DNA of 25,625 nt, from NCBI GenBank assembly GCA_038847005.1, contig JAWCOP010000001.1:1-25625 (forward strand), in the 5' to 3' direction. The DNA comes from Candidatus Bathyarchaeia archaeon (GTDB lineage: Archaea; Thermoproteota; Bathyarchaeia; 40CM-2-53-6; CALIRQ01). Below the pieces are notes generated by a model that saw only the letters and a list, made by a program, of their open reading frames with translations, was not told the DNA's origin and did not search any database. The translations under genes and the position numbers were made by a program. This document shows, piece by piece, positions 1 through 8,145 of the stretch. Every line of letters starts with the position of its first letter. The stretch's first letter is position 1.

Positions 1-1
1 C

Positions 2-190
2 CCCGAGGAGAAGGCACTGAGTCCCAAGCCGGTCAGGGAGATGGGATTGATCGCGAGGGCCATTTTGGATGGTTCAATTGCTTTGCGGAACGGGGAGGCC
101 TTGGGGTTGGCGGAGGATTTGGTGGACGTGGCCTTCGATATAATCTCGAGCTTGTATGGGGGGAACGGGACTGCGAAGGATAGAGGTTGA
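2..190 (+). CDS. 3' end of a gene running in from the left edge (partial, unknown product)
   Basis: Frame 2 is open from base 2 to TGA at 188-190 (PEEKALSPKPVREMGLIARAILDGSIALRNGEALGLAEDLVDVAFDIISSLYGGNGTAKDRG*). It overlaps the next gene as in an operon. No motif recognised. Confidence 0.45.
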   Translation, partial: PEEKALSPKPVREMGLIARAILDGSIALRNGEALGLAEDLVDVAFDIISSLYGGNGTAKDRG

Positions 191-464
191 GCTCTTGGGA
201 GCCTTGGGGGATATCGCCGGAAGCGATCGGATTGAAATCGATGTCGATGGTCCAATCACCGTCAAAGGACTCATAGAGGAATTGGTAAGGAGTGTTGGCT
301 CGGAGGAGTTCAGGAGGGCCATATTCGCACATGGCTCGGAGGATCCTAGGGCCTATACCCTGATATTGGTGAACGGCGTTGAGGTCGGCTCCATGGGCCT
401 CTTGGATTCCGAGGTGAGGGATGGGTCGAAGGTGACCCTAATATCGCTTTGGCACGGCGGCTGA
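156..464 (+). CDS. MoaD/ThiS-family ubiquitin-like small protein (SAMP-type sulfur carrier)
   Basis: About 100 aa with a beta-grasp-like pattern (ILVNGVEV...L..EVRDGSKVTLI) and a C-terminal di-glycine (LWHGG*). Confidence 0.88.
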   Translation: MGGTGLRRIEVELLGALGDIAGSDRIEIDVDGPITVKGLIEELVRSVGSEEFRRAIFAHGSEDPRAYTLILVNGVEVGSMGLLDSEVRDGSKVTLISLWHGG

Positions 465-471
465 GCGGGGA

Positions 472-786
472 TTGGAGATGGTCGTGAGGAGGGGGGAGCA
501 TAAAGTCCAAGGCGGGAAGCTGATCAGGGTCCTATTGGAAGAGGATCGTGGGCACATAGCCCGGATAAGGATAACGGGGGATTTCTTCCTCCATCCGGAG
601 GACGCCATATTCGAAATGGAGAGGGCCTTGGAGGGGGCGGAGCTCGCGGAGGGCCCTTTGCTGGGGCGGATCAAAGAGGTTTATCGGAGCACCGGGGCCC
701 TCTCCATCGGGGCCGGGCCGGAGGATTTCGTTAAAGCCATCCTAGGGGCGAAGGCATGGAGCCCCGCAATATCAGGGCCTCAATAG
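472..786 (+). CDS. Lipoate-protein ligase accessory/C-terminal domain protein (LplB/Lpl-C-like)
   Basis: KVQGGKLIRV...I..IRITGDFFLHPEDAI..ME.AL.G is the typical C-terminal domain of lipoate ligases. A catalytic Lpl domain gene lies just downstream. Confidence 0.82.
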   Translation: MEMVVRRGEHKVQGGKLIRVLLEEDRGHIARIRITGDFFLHPEDAIFEMERALEGAELAEGPLLGRIKEVYRSTGALSIGAGPEDFVKAILGAKAWSPAISGPQ

Positions 787-1763
787 GCACCGCGATTGCG
801 CTGGGATTGGTTAGGGGGAGGGCGGCCGTCCCCCCGAGGACCGCTTACCTGTTGACCTATCACGAGGGGCGCTGCTCCTCCAATTGCGCCTTCTGCCCGC
901 AGGCGAGCGGCGCGTCCTCCGAAACCGATAGGCTTTCCAGGGTTTTATGGCCAGCCTTCCCGACGGAGGAGGTTCTATCGAGGCTCGCGGCAATTGGGGA
1001 AGGGAGGGGGTTTGGGAGGATATGCTTGCAGGTCGTGAATTACGAGGGAGCACTCGAGGATTCGCTGAACCTGATAAACCGCATCAGGCGCTATTCGAGC
1101 CTCCCGATCTCCATCTCCTGCCAGCCATTAAGCCAGGATCGGCTTCGGGAATTGAGGGGGGCCGGGGTCGAGAGGGTGGGGATACCGCTGGATGCGGCCA
1201 ACGGGGAGTTATTCGAAAGGGTTAAGGGTCGCTCGGCCGGCGGGCCATATCGATGGGAGGAACATTTCCGATCCTTAAGGGATGCCGTGTCGATATTCGG
1301 GCGGGGGATGGTGACGACGCATTTGATAGTTGGCTTGGGCGAGCGGGACGTAGATCTTTGTAAGATAATGCAGGAGCTCAGCGACTCCGGCATCTCCACG
1401 GCCCTCTTCGCCTTCAGCCCGATCAAAGGCACGGCTCTCGAGGGCTTAGCTCCCCCCAGCTTGGCCCGCTATAGGAGGATCCAGTTGGCTAGGCATTTGA
1501 TCGCGAACGGATTGTCGCGCTTCGAGCGGATGGAGTTCGATGATGGGGGCCGCATAACGGAATTTGGGATTCCGTCCCATATGATCCTCGGGGCGATCGG
1601 ATCTGGGGAGCCCTTCGAAACCTCGGGATGCCCGAGCTGCAATCGCCCCTTCTACACGGAAAGGGTCAAGGGCCCCCTTTATAATTTCCCGAGGCCCCTT
1701 CGGGAGGATGAGCTCGAGGAGGCAAAGGCCTTGGCGATCGGATCGCTTGAGGTTGGTGAATGA
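756..1763 (+). CDS. lipS2: Radical SAM lipoyl synthase subunit LipS2
   Basis: CxxxCxxC motif (CSSNCAFC) and C-terminal TSGCPSCNRP, matching the TxGCPxC(N/D)RP motif of Thermococcus kodakarensis LipS2. Lies between the two lipoate ligase genes. Confidence 0.85.
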   Translation: MEPRNIRASIGTAIALGLVRGRAAVPPRTAYLLTYHEGRCSSNCAFCPQASGASSETDRLSRVLWPAFPTEEVLSRLAAIGEGRGFGRICLQVVNYEGALEDSLNLINRIRRYSSLPISISCQPLSQDRLRELRGAGVERVGIPLDAANGELFERVKGRSAGGPYRWEEHFRSLRDAVSIFGRGMVTTHLIVGLGERDVDLCKIMQELSDSGISTALFAFSPIKGTALEGLAPPSLARYRRIQLARHLIANGLSRFERMEFDDGGRITEFGIPSHMILGAIGSGEPFETSGCPSCNRPFYTERVKGPLYNFPRPLREDELEEAKALAIGSLEVGE

Positions 1764-2533
1764 GGTTGAGGGAAACTTGGAGATTGATAGGAATCAGCTC
1801 AAATGATGCTTATACGAACATGGCCATAGACGAGGCCATCCTGAGGTCTAGGGCGGCCGGGAGGGCCCCGAATACGATCAGGTTCTACAGGTGGAGCCCC
1901 TCGGCCGTTTCCATAGGGTTCTTCCAAAGCGTGGAGGAGGAGGTCGATATCGAATCCTGCGAAGAGCTAGGGGTGGATATAGTCAGGAGGCCGACCGGCG
2001 GAGGGGCCGTGTATCACGACAGCGATGGGGAATTGACCTACAGCTTAGTGGTGGATGTGGGGAACCAGAGGGTTCCGGCCGATTTCCTCAGCTCCTATAG
2101 GGCCCTTTGCGATGGCATAGTCCGCGGCTTGAGGGACCTCGGCCTAGATGCCCATTTCAACCCGGTCAACGATGTGCTCGTGGGCGGGAGGAAGATCTCT
2201 GGGAACGCCCAAACTAGGAGGTTGGGGACCGTTCTGCAGCACGGAACTGTGCTCCTGCGCGCCGATCTCTCGAGGATGTTCCGGGTCCTAAGGATCGCGG
2301 ATGAGAAGCTTAGGGATAAGATGATATCGGCGGCGCAGGAAAGGGTCACGACGATCGAGAGGGAGCTCGGGAGGGCCGTCGGGTTCGAGGAGGTCTCGGA
2401 CGCCCTGAGGCGCGGGTTTGAGGAGGCCTTGGGGATAGAGCTCGAGGAGGGGGATTTGAGCAAGGAGGAGCGCTCCTTGGCGATGGAGCTGAGGGGGAAG
2501 TACTCGAGCCGTGAATGGATATACATGCGATAG
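1760..2533 (+). CDS. lplA: Lipoate-protein ligase catalytic domain (LplA/Lpl-N; octanoyl/lipoyl transferase family)
   Basis: NMAIDEAIL, VRRPTGGGAVYHD, KISGNAQ and LQHGT motifs. ATGA overlap with lipS2. Lacks the C-terminal domain, which is encoded separately at 472-786. Confidence 0.92.
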   Translation: MRLRETWRLIGISSNDAYTNMAIDEAILRSRAAGRAPNTIRFYRWSPSAVSIGFFQSVEEEVDIESCEELGVDIVRRPTGGGAVYHDSDGELTYSLVVDVGNQRVPADFLSSYRALCDGIVRGLRDLGLDAHFNPVNDVLVGGRKISGNAQTRRLGTVLQHGTVLLRADLSRMFRVLRIADEKLRDKMISAAQERVTTIERELGRAVGFEEVSDALRRGFEEALGIELEEGDLSKEERSLAMELRGKYSSREWIYMR

Positions 2534-3488
2534 GGCCGGGCGGGAGCGGGATATAGGCTTCCCGGATCCCTCAGGGCCCAAGGGGGAGATCCTATTCTAC
2601 GAGCCCAGCTTCGCCCCGGGGGGGCGGGGGAGGGGGGGTTCCCCCCTCTCGTTCCCATCGATCTCGATCACGGGGACCCGGTGCGCCCTGAGCTGCAAGC
2701 ATTGCGGCGGTAGGCTCCTGAGGGGCATGATCCCGGCGGGATCCCCCGAGGAGCTATTGGCCGTTTGCGAGGGGATAAAGGAAAGGGGGGGCATCGGGTG
2801 CCTCATAAGCGGGGGTTGCGATCGGGGCGGCTCCGTGCCGCTGGCGGGATTTTTGGAGGCTATATCGAGGATCAAGCGGGATTTGGGGCTCAAGGTCGTG
2901 GTCCATACGGGGATCGTGGGGAAGGGGGTCGCGGAGGGCTTGGGGAGGGCCGGGATCGATGCGGCCCTGATCGATCTGATCGGATCGGCCGAGGCGATAC
3001 GGGAGGTTTACGGCCTAGAGGCGAGCCCGAGCGATTACGAAAGGTCCTTGAGGTTGCTCCGCGAGCACGGGGTCCCGATCGTGCCGCATATACTGGTTGG
3101 TATTCATTATGGGCGGCCGAGCGGCGAGCTGGAGGCCTTGAGGATCTCCTCCGAATGTGGCCCCCAAGCGCTCGCGTTCATAGTCCTGACCCCCATAAGG
3201 GTGACCCCAATGGAATCAGCCGCGCCCCCTAGCCCCTCGGAGGTGGCGGGGCTCATATCCGCGGCCAGATCGGCCCTGCCCGATGTCCCATTGGCCCTCG
3301 GTTGCATGAGGCCGAAGGGGAGCCATAGGGCCGAGTTGGATGTGCTCGCGATAAGGGCCGGGGTGGATGCGATAGCCCTCCCCTCGAGCTCGGCCATCGA
3401 CCTAGCCAAATCGATGGGCATCGAGATCCGCTTCTCCAAGACGTGCTGCTCTTTAGTCCATGAGGATGTCTTGCATCCCCCTTCCTAA
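2511..3488 (+). CDS. lipS1: Radical SAM lipoyl synthase subunit LipS1
   Basis: SITG..CALSCKHC (CxxxCxxC), GCMRP and C-terminal CC (KTCCS), matching the GC(M/A)R and CC motifs of T. kodakarensis LipS1. Start codon uncertain. Confidence 0.85.
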   Translation: MNGYTCDRAGRERDIGFPDPSGPKGEILFYEPSFAPGGRGRGGSPLSFPSISITGTRCALSCKHCGGRLLRGMIPAGSPEELLAVCEGIKERGGIGCLISGGCDRGGSVPLAGFLEAISRIKRDLGLKVVVHTGIVGKGVAEGLGRAGIDAALIDLIGSAEAIREVYGLEASPSDYERSLRLLREHGVPIVPHILVGIHYGRPSGELEALRISSECGPQALAFIVLTPIRVTPMESAAPPSPSEVAGLISAARSALPDVPLALGCMRPKGSHRAELDVLAIRAGVDAIALPSSSAIDLAKSMGIEIRFSKTCCSLVHEDVLHPPS

Positions 3489-4173
3489 GCATATGCCCCC
3501 ATATTTCGATCTAGTCGTCCACAGATGCCCTCAGCATTAGGAAGAAATCCCAACATAATGGGAGGCGCCCGGGAGTTTCCATATCGATGATTTTGAATTT
3601 CATAATTAAAAGAGTGGTTAGTTATTTTGTTAATATTAAGTTTAAAAAAGGGCAGATAAAGGTTTGGAGGACTCATAGCTGTTTTTAACCACTACCAATA
3701 CATAACCCAATAAAATGAAATAGCTTCCGCGAATCTCCCAGCCTGGCCCATGCCTTTTTCATGCGTCAAGTTTTAACGTTTTGTAAAAACTGGAGGTGGC
3801 TCTTTATGCTCATAAATATTTGCTTTCGTAAATGTTATTGTAGTCCGAAGTGTTAGTATTCTGAGCTTTCTCCCAGTATTCTCCCGACATTGTGATATTT
3901 CTTCCGTTCACCATTTTATTAAAAACCTTATGAAAACGAGTATTAATGTCTCGAGTGATCCAGCTTAAAATGATGGATGAAAATAAATCAAAGGAAAGAG
4001 ATCAAAAATTCTTTGGGACCATTTTAATCCCCTCCATCGCCCCCAATGGCCTTCTATTCTGAAGGAGTTCCGGAGCTCGAGGCGCTTCCATACCGGCCCC
4101 TCCGATCCCTAAGCCAAAGCGGAGCAATATTTCGTTTCAAAAAGCTTTTTATGTTGCGGAAAGAGATAGTTTA

Positions 4174-4923
4174 ATGAAAACGAGGTGCGGGGGCATGGAG
4201 AGGTCCAGCCTCCTCCTCTTGGCAATTCTCTTGGGCCCCACGATTCACCTCCCGATCGCTCTGGCCTCGCCCCAATGGCCGGGCTATCATCAATTGGTCA
4301 TCAAGGCTTGGACGGATGAGGACCATTGCGAATTGAGGGCCTTGGTCGATGTTTATTGTCAAGGGGGGTTCCTTTGGTACGGCGGTTGGTATTGGAGGGT
4401 CATAACCCCGGCCGCCATTTACGTGCCGGATCGCACTAGGGTCCACGTCTTCCTTATCGAGGACCCGCCATGCCATGGTGATCTGTTCCTATGCTGGGAT
4501 AACTACGGCATCGCCAGGGGGCCGGAGGGGCGGAGGGACTGGTATTTGGATGCCGTCGGCGATAGGACCATCGTCGCCACCTACCGAAAGAGAGGGGATT
4601 TGGAATATCCGGCCGAGCCTTGGTATTGCCAATTGATCGTAAGGGCTTGGACCGAGGAGCACCATTGCGAGTTGAGGGCCCGCGTGGAGGTTTCCTATGA
4701 GGCGATCGATGGCCGCTGGGTCGAATATCAAAGCGTTTGGACGCCGGCCATCATATTGGTGAAGAGATGCAGCAGGGTCTACGTCTTCTTGAGGGAGGAT
4801 CCGCCATTCGAGAGTCAATTCCTCTACTGGGATAATTATGGGATCGCGAGGGGCCCCGAGGGCAATAGGAATTGGTATTTGGACATGACCGGGGATAGGA
4901 CCATGGTCGCCACTTATCGCTGA
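4174..4923 (+). CDS. Secreted protein with two tandem ~100-aa repeats (divergent InlB B-repeat-like, tentative)
   Basis: Hydrophobic N-terminal signal (LLLLAILLGPTIHLPIALA). Two repeats share QL..[KR]AWT.E.HCELRA, EDPP, WDNYGIARGPEG.R.WYLD..GDRT.VATYR. Confidence 0.75.
   Translation: MKTRCGGMERSSLLLLAILLGPTIHLPIALASPQWPGYHQLVIKAWTDEDHCELRALVDVYCQGGFLWYGGWYWRVITPAAIYVPDRTRVHVFLIEDPPCHGDLFLCWDNYGIARGPEGRRDWYLDAVGDRTIVATYRKRGDLEYPAEPWYCQLIVRAWTEEHHCELRARVEVSYEAIDGRWVEYQSVWTPAIILVKRCSRVYVFLREDPPFESQFLYWDNYGIARGPEGNRNWYLDMTGDRTMVATYR
4285..4920 (+). repeat. Intragenic tandem duplication (about 4285-4587 and 4624-4920)
   Basis: caattggtcatcaaggcttggacggatgaggaccattgcgaattgagggcc (4291) vs caattgatcgtaagggcttggaccgaggagcaccattgcgagttgagggcc (4630). 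Offset 333-339 nt; many differences in the conserved motifs are synonymous. Confidence 0.9.
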
Positions 4924-5085
4924 TGGGAAATAGCGCATCTCCATAATCCCGATTGGATCCGATCCCCTAATGAGCGCTCATGAGATCTGGTTATGGAACA
5001 AGCGGGGAGCTTGGACCAGAGGGGCCATCGCTGGCTAAATCGCTTAATAAAGGGTCGCCCCATCGGCCCTTGGTGAGAGCGCGCT

Positions 5086-6489
5086 TTGTCCGCGGGGAAG
5101 TTCGAGCTTGCGGTCATGGGAGGGGGGCCCGGTGGCTACGTGGCCGCCATAAGGGCGTCCCAGCTCGGCCTAAGGGTGGCGTTGATCGAAAAGGAGGGGC
5201 TGGGCGGCACTTGCACCCATAGGGGCTGCATACCGACTAAGGCGCTCCTGAGGAGCGCAGAGATCTACAGGCTAGTGAGGGCCGGGGAGGAGTTCGGCGT
5301 AAGGGCTGACAATATAAGCTTCGATTTGAGGGCGGCCATGGCCAGGAAGGATCGAATAGTTTCGAGGCTGGCGAAGGGCATCGAGTCCCTGATGGCATTG
5401 AACGGCATAGAACTCTTCAGGGGAGAGGGGCGCCTCCGGCCGGGCGGGGTCGTGGAGGTGAGGGGCGAGGGCTCGGCTTCTGAGATCCGCTTTGAGAAGC
5501 TGATAATCGCGACCGGCTCCTCGCCCCTGCGGCTCCCCATCCCTGGCGCTCGATCCCCGGGGATCATCACGAGCGATGAGGCGCTGAGGCTCGAGGGGGT
5601 GCCCCGGAGCCTTGTGGTGATAGGCGGCGGGGCCGTTGGCCTCGAGCTCGCCGCGCTCTTCGGCGATCTGGGCTCCTCGGTAACGGTCTTGGAGATGATG
5701 CCCCAAATATTGCCCGGCGAGGATCCAGAGGCCGCGGGGGCGATGGCCAAGGCCCTGAGGCGAAGGGGCATAACGATTGAAACCGGGAGCAAGGTTTCCT
5801 CCATAGAGGATGGGCCCGGGGGCCTGAAGCTGGTGAGGGCCGCTAAGGAGGGGGGCCAAAGGGTTTTCGAGGGAGAACTGGTCCTAATGGCGGCGGGCAG
5901 GGCCCCGAACACCAAGGGCATCGGCTTGGAGGGGACTGGGGTGGCGATGGATGGCAACGGAAGGATCGTTGTGAACGATCGCATGGAAACGAACGTCCCA
6001 GGCATATTCGCGGTCGGGGATGTGGCCGGGAGATACATGCTCGCCCACTCGGCCATGGCCGAGGGCATCGTCGCGGCCGAGAACGCCGCCGGGCTCGATT
6101 CAAGAATGGATTACGCCGCGGTCCCAAGATGCGTTTACGGTGAGCCCGAGGTGGCATCGGTGGGCCTATCCGAGGCCGAGGCGAGGGAAACGCATGGGGA
6201 CGTGATCGTGGGCAGGTTCCCGATGCTCGCGAGCGGGAGGGCCCTCACGCTCGGGGAGAGGGAGGGCTTCGTGAAGCTCGTGGCCGATGTCGAGTACAAG
6301 GCCCTGCTGGGGGCCCAGATAGTGGGCCCGAGCGCCAGCGAATTGATCCACGAGATCGCGGTGGCCATGCGCTCCGAATGCACGCTCGAGTGCCTAGCGG
6401 AGGCGATCCATGCCCATCCGACCTTGGCCGAGGCCATCAGGGAGGCGGCCTTGGATGGGCTCGGGAGGGCCTTGCATACGCATAAGTGA
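5086..6489 (+). CDS. lpdA: Dihydrolipoamide dehydrogenase (E3 / L-protein)
   Basis: GGGPGG FAD-binding motif, redox disulfide GGTCTHRGCIPTK, GGGAVGLE NAD-binding motif, C-terminal HAHPTLAE. TTG start with a GGTGA Shine-Dalgarno (SD) upstream. Confidence 0.95.
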   Translation: MSAGKFELAVMGGGPGGYVAAIRASQLGLRVALIEKEGLGGTCTHRGCIPTKALLRSAEIYRLVRAGEEFGVRADNISFDLRAAMARKDRIVSRLAKGIESLMALNGIELFRGEGRLRPGGVVEVRGEGSASEIRFEKLIIATGSSPLRLPIPGARSPGIITSDEALRLEGVPRSLVVIGGGAVGLELAALFGDLGSSVTVLEMMPQILPGEDPEAAGAMAKALRRRGITIETGSKVSSIEDGPGGLKLVRAAKEGGQRVFEGELVLMAAGRAPNTKGIGLEGTGVAMDGNGRIVVNDRMETNVPGIFAVGDVAGRYMLAHSAMAEGIVAAENAAGLDSRMDYAAVPRCVYGEPEVASVGLSEAEARETHGDVIVGRFPMLASGRALTLGEREGFVKLVADVEYKALLGAQIVGPSASELIHEIAVAMRSECTLECLAEAIHAHPTLAEAIREAALDGLGRALHTHK

Positions 6490-6674
6490 AATTGCATGGG
6501 TCATAGGAATTAAGAAAGGTATCGTCCATTGCAAATTCCCGAGGGCCAAGATGTTTAAAAATTGAGGAAAAACAAATGTTTGCAATTTAATGAATAAATT
6601 TGACATATATTTAAATATTTTGCAGAAACATATATATATTATCCCTTTACCCGGGAAGGTAAAAACGGAATGAG

Positions 6675-8093
6675 GTGCGCGCGATGGACATCTATCTATG
6701 GGGTATAGCCGCATACTCCGTATTGATAATCCTCGTGAGCGCAATTGCAGCTAAGAAAGCGAAATCCTTTACAGATTATGTAGTCGCTGGTAGATCAATG
6801 CCCCTCTGGGTCTTGATCGGCACGCTTTGGGCCTCTTGGCTAGGCGCAGGGACCATATCCGGCAATGCCGCCCTGTATTACTCCTTTGGCATAGGCGGGC
6901 TCTGGTTCGCCTTCGCTGGCCCAGCGGCGCACAGCATACTGATAGCCCTTTCGAAGAGGCTGAGGGCTTTGGGACAATATACAGTACCAGACATACTCGA
7001 AATCAGGTACAGTCCAATCGCTAGGTACATAGGAGCGATACCCGCGATACTGGGCTTCACAGCCATAACGGGGTATCAGATGAAGGCCATCGGCTATGTC
7101 ATCGAAGTGATCTCTGGGATACCAAGTTGGCAGGGATTCCTCTACGGAGCCATCATAGTGGTGGGATATACCCTCGCCGGGGGGATCTGGGCCGTTGCCT
7201 ATACGGATGTCGTCCAATTGATATTCATGGAGCTCGGGCTGATCATAGGGGCCGTTATGGCCGTGTCATCGGTTGGGGGGATTTCCGCCTTCCAAGCGAA
7301 GCTCCCGCCGGCCCACTTCAACCTGCTGGGCTACTTCGATATATTCAAGGCCCTGGGATACTTCTTTCCCCTATTCTTCTTGGCCTCGATAGACCAAAAC
7401 CTTTACCAGAGGATGTACGCCTCTAAAGATGCCAAGACAGCACGTTATGGAGCCATGGCGCTGTTCTTTGGTGCATTCTTCACCTTCCTCTTGGTCATGA
7501 CGGTATCGATGGCCTCATACGCGGCGAACCCAAAGATAAAACCGGACATGGCGGTCTTCTGGGCCGGTAAGAACCTATTGCCGCCTTGGGCGGGCGTGAT
7601 CCTATTGGTGGGCGCGCTGGGCTTGATAATGTCAACCGCGGATTCCTATCTGCTCTCGCCAGCCACGAACATCTCCAGGGACTACATCCAGAGGCTCTGG
7701 CCCAAAGTAACCGATAAGCAACTGATTTGGATCACTAGGGCGTTCGTATTGATACTGGGAACTATAGCCTATGTCTTGGCCGGTTATTTCGAGTCGGTTC
7801 TGGCAATGGTCATAGTGGCATACACAATCTACGGAGCCGCTCTCTGGCCACCGGTGATCTCCGCCTTCTTCTGGAAGAGGGCCAATGCCCCCGGCGCCAT
7901 AGCGGGGATCCTAGGAGGCTTCGCCGGAACGATAATCGGGTACTGGCTCCAGATCTCAGGAGTCCCATGGGCAAAGGCGACGCCGCTGATATACATGGGC
8001 ATAATACCGGCCATAGTGGCCATGGTCGTGGTGACGCTAGCGACGAAGCCCCCGCCGCCGGAGAAGCTGGAGCCGTTCGCATCGAAGGGATGA
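6675..8093 (+). CDS. Sodium:solute symporter family transporter (PutP/SSS)
   Basis: About 13 hydrophobic segments. DYVVAGRSMP, ASWLGAG, YTLAGG..AVAYTD..Q, QRMYASKD and MSTADS motifs. Confidence 0.93.
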   Translation: MRAMDIYLWGIAAYSVLIILVSAIAAKKAKSFTDYVVAGRSMPLWVLIGTLWASWLGAGTISGNAALYYSFGIGGLWFAFAGPAAHSILIALSKRLRALGQYTVPDILEIRYSPIARYIGAIPAILGFTAITGYQMKAIGYVIEVISGIPSWQGFLYGAIIVVGYTLAGGIWAVAYTDVVQLIFMELGLIIGAVMAVSSVGGISAFQAKLPPAHFNLLGYFDIFKALGYFFPLFFLASIDQNLYQRMYASKDAKTARYGAMALFFGAFFTFLLVMTVSMASYAANPKIKPDMAVFWAGKNLLPPWAGVILLVGALGLIMSTADSYLLSPATNISRDYIQRLWPKVTDKQLIWITRAFVLILGTIAYVLAGYFESVLAMVIVAYTIYGAALWPPVISAFFWKRANAPGAIAGILGGFAGTIIGYWLQISGVPWAKATPLIYMGIIPAIVAMVVVTLATKPPPPEKLEPFASKG

Positions 8094-8145
8094 CCTCCAA
8101 GGATCGATTGGGCGCTGCGGCGCCAATCCCCATTTTCTTTTTATC

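Noticed and set aside
756-3488. Calling the two radical SAM genes biotin synthase (BioB)
   Set aside because: The TxGCPxCNRP and GCMR/CC motifs and the lipoate ligase context fit LipS2 and LipS1, which are often mis-annotated as biotin synthase.
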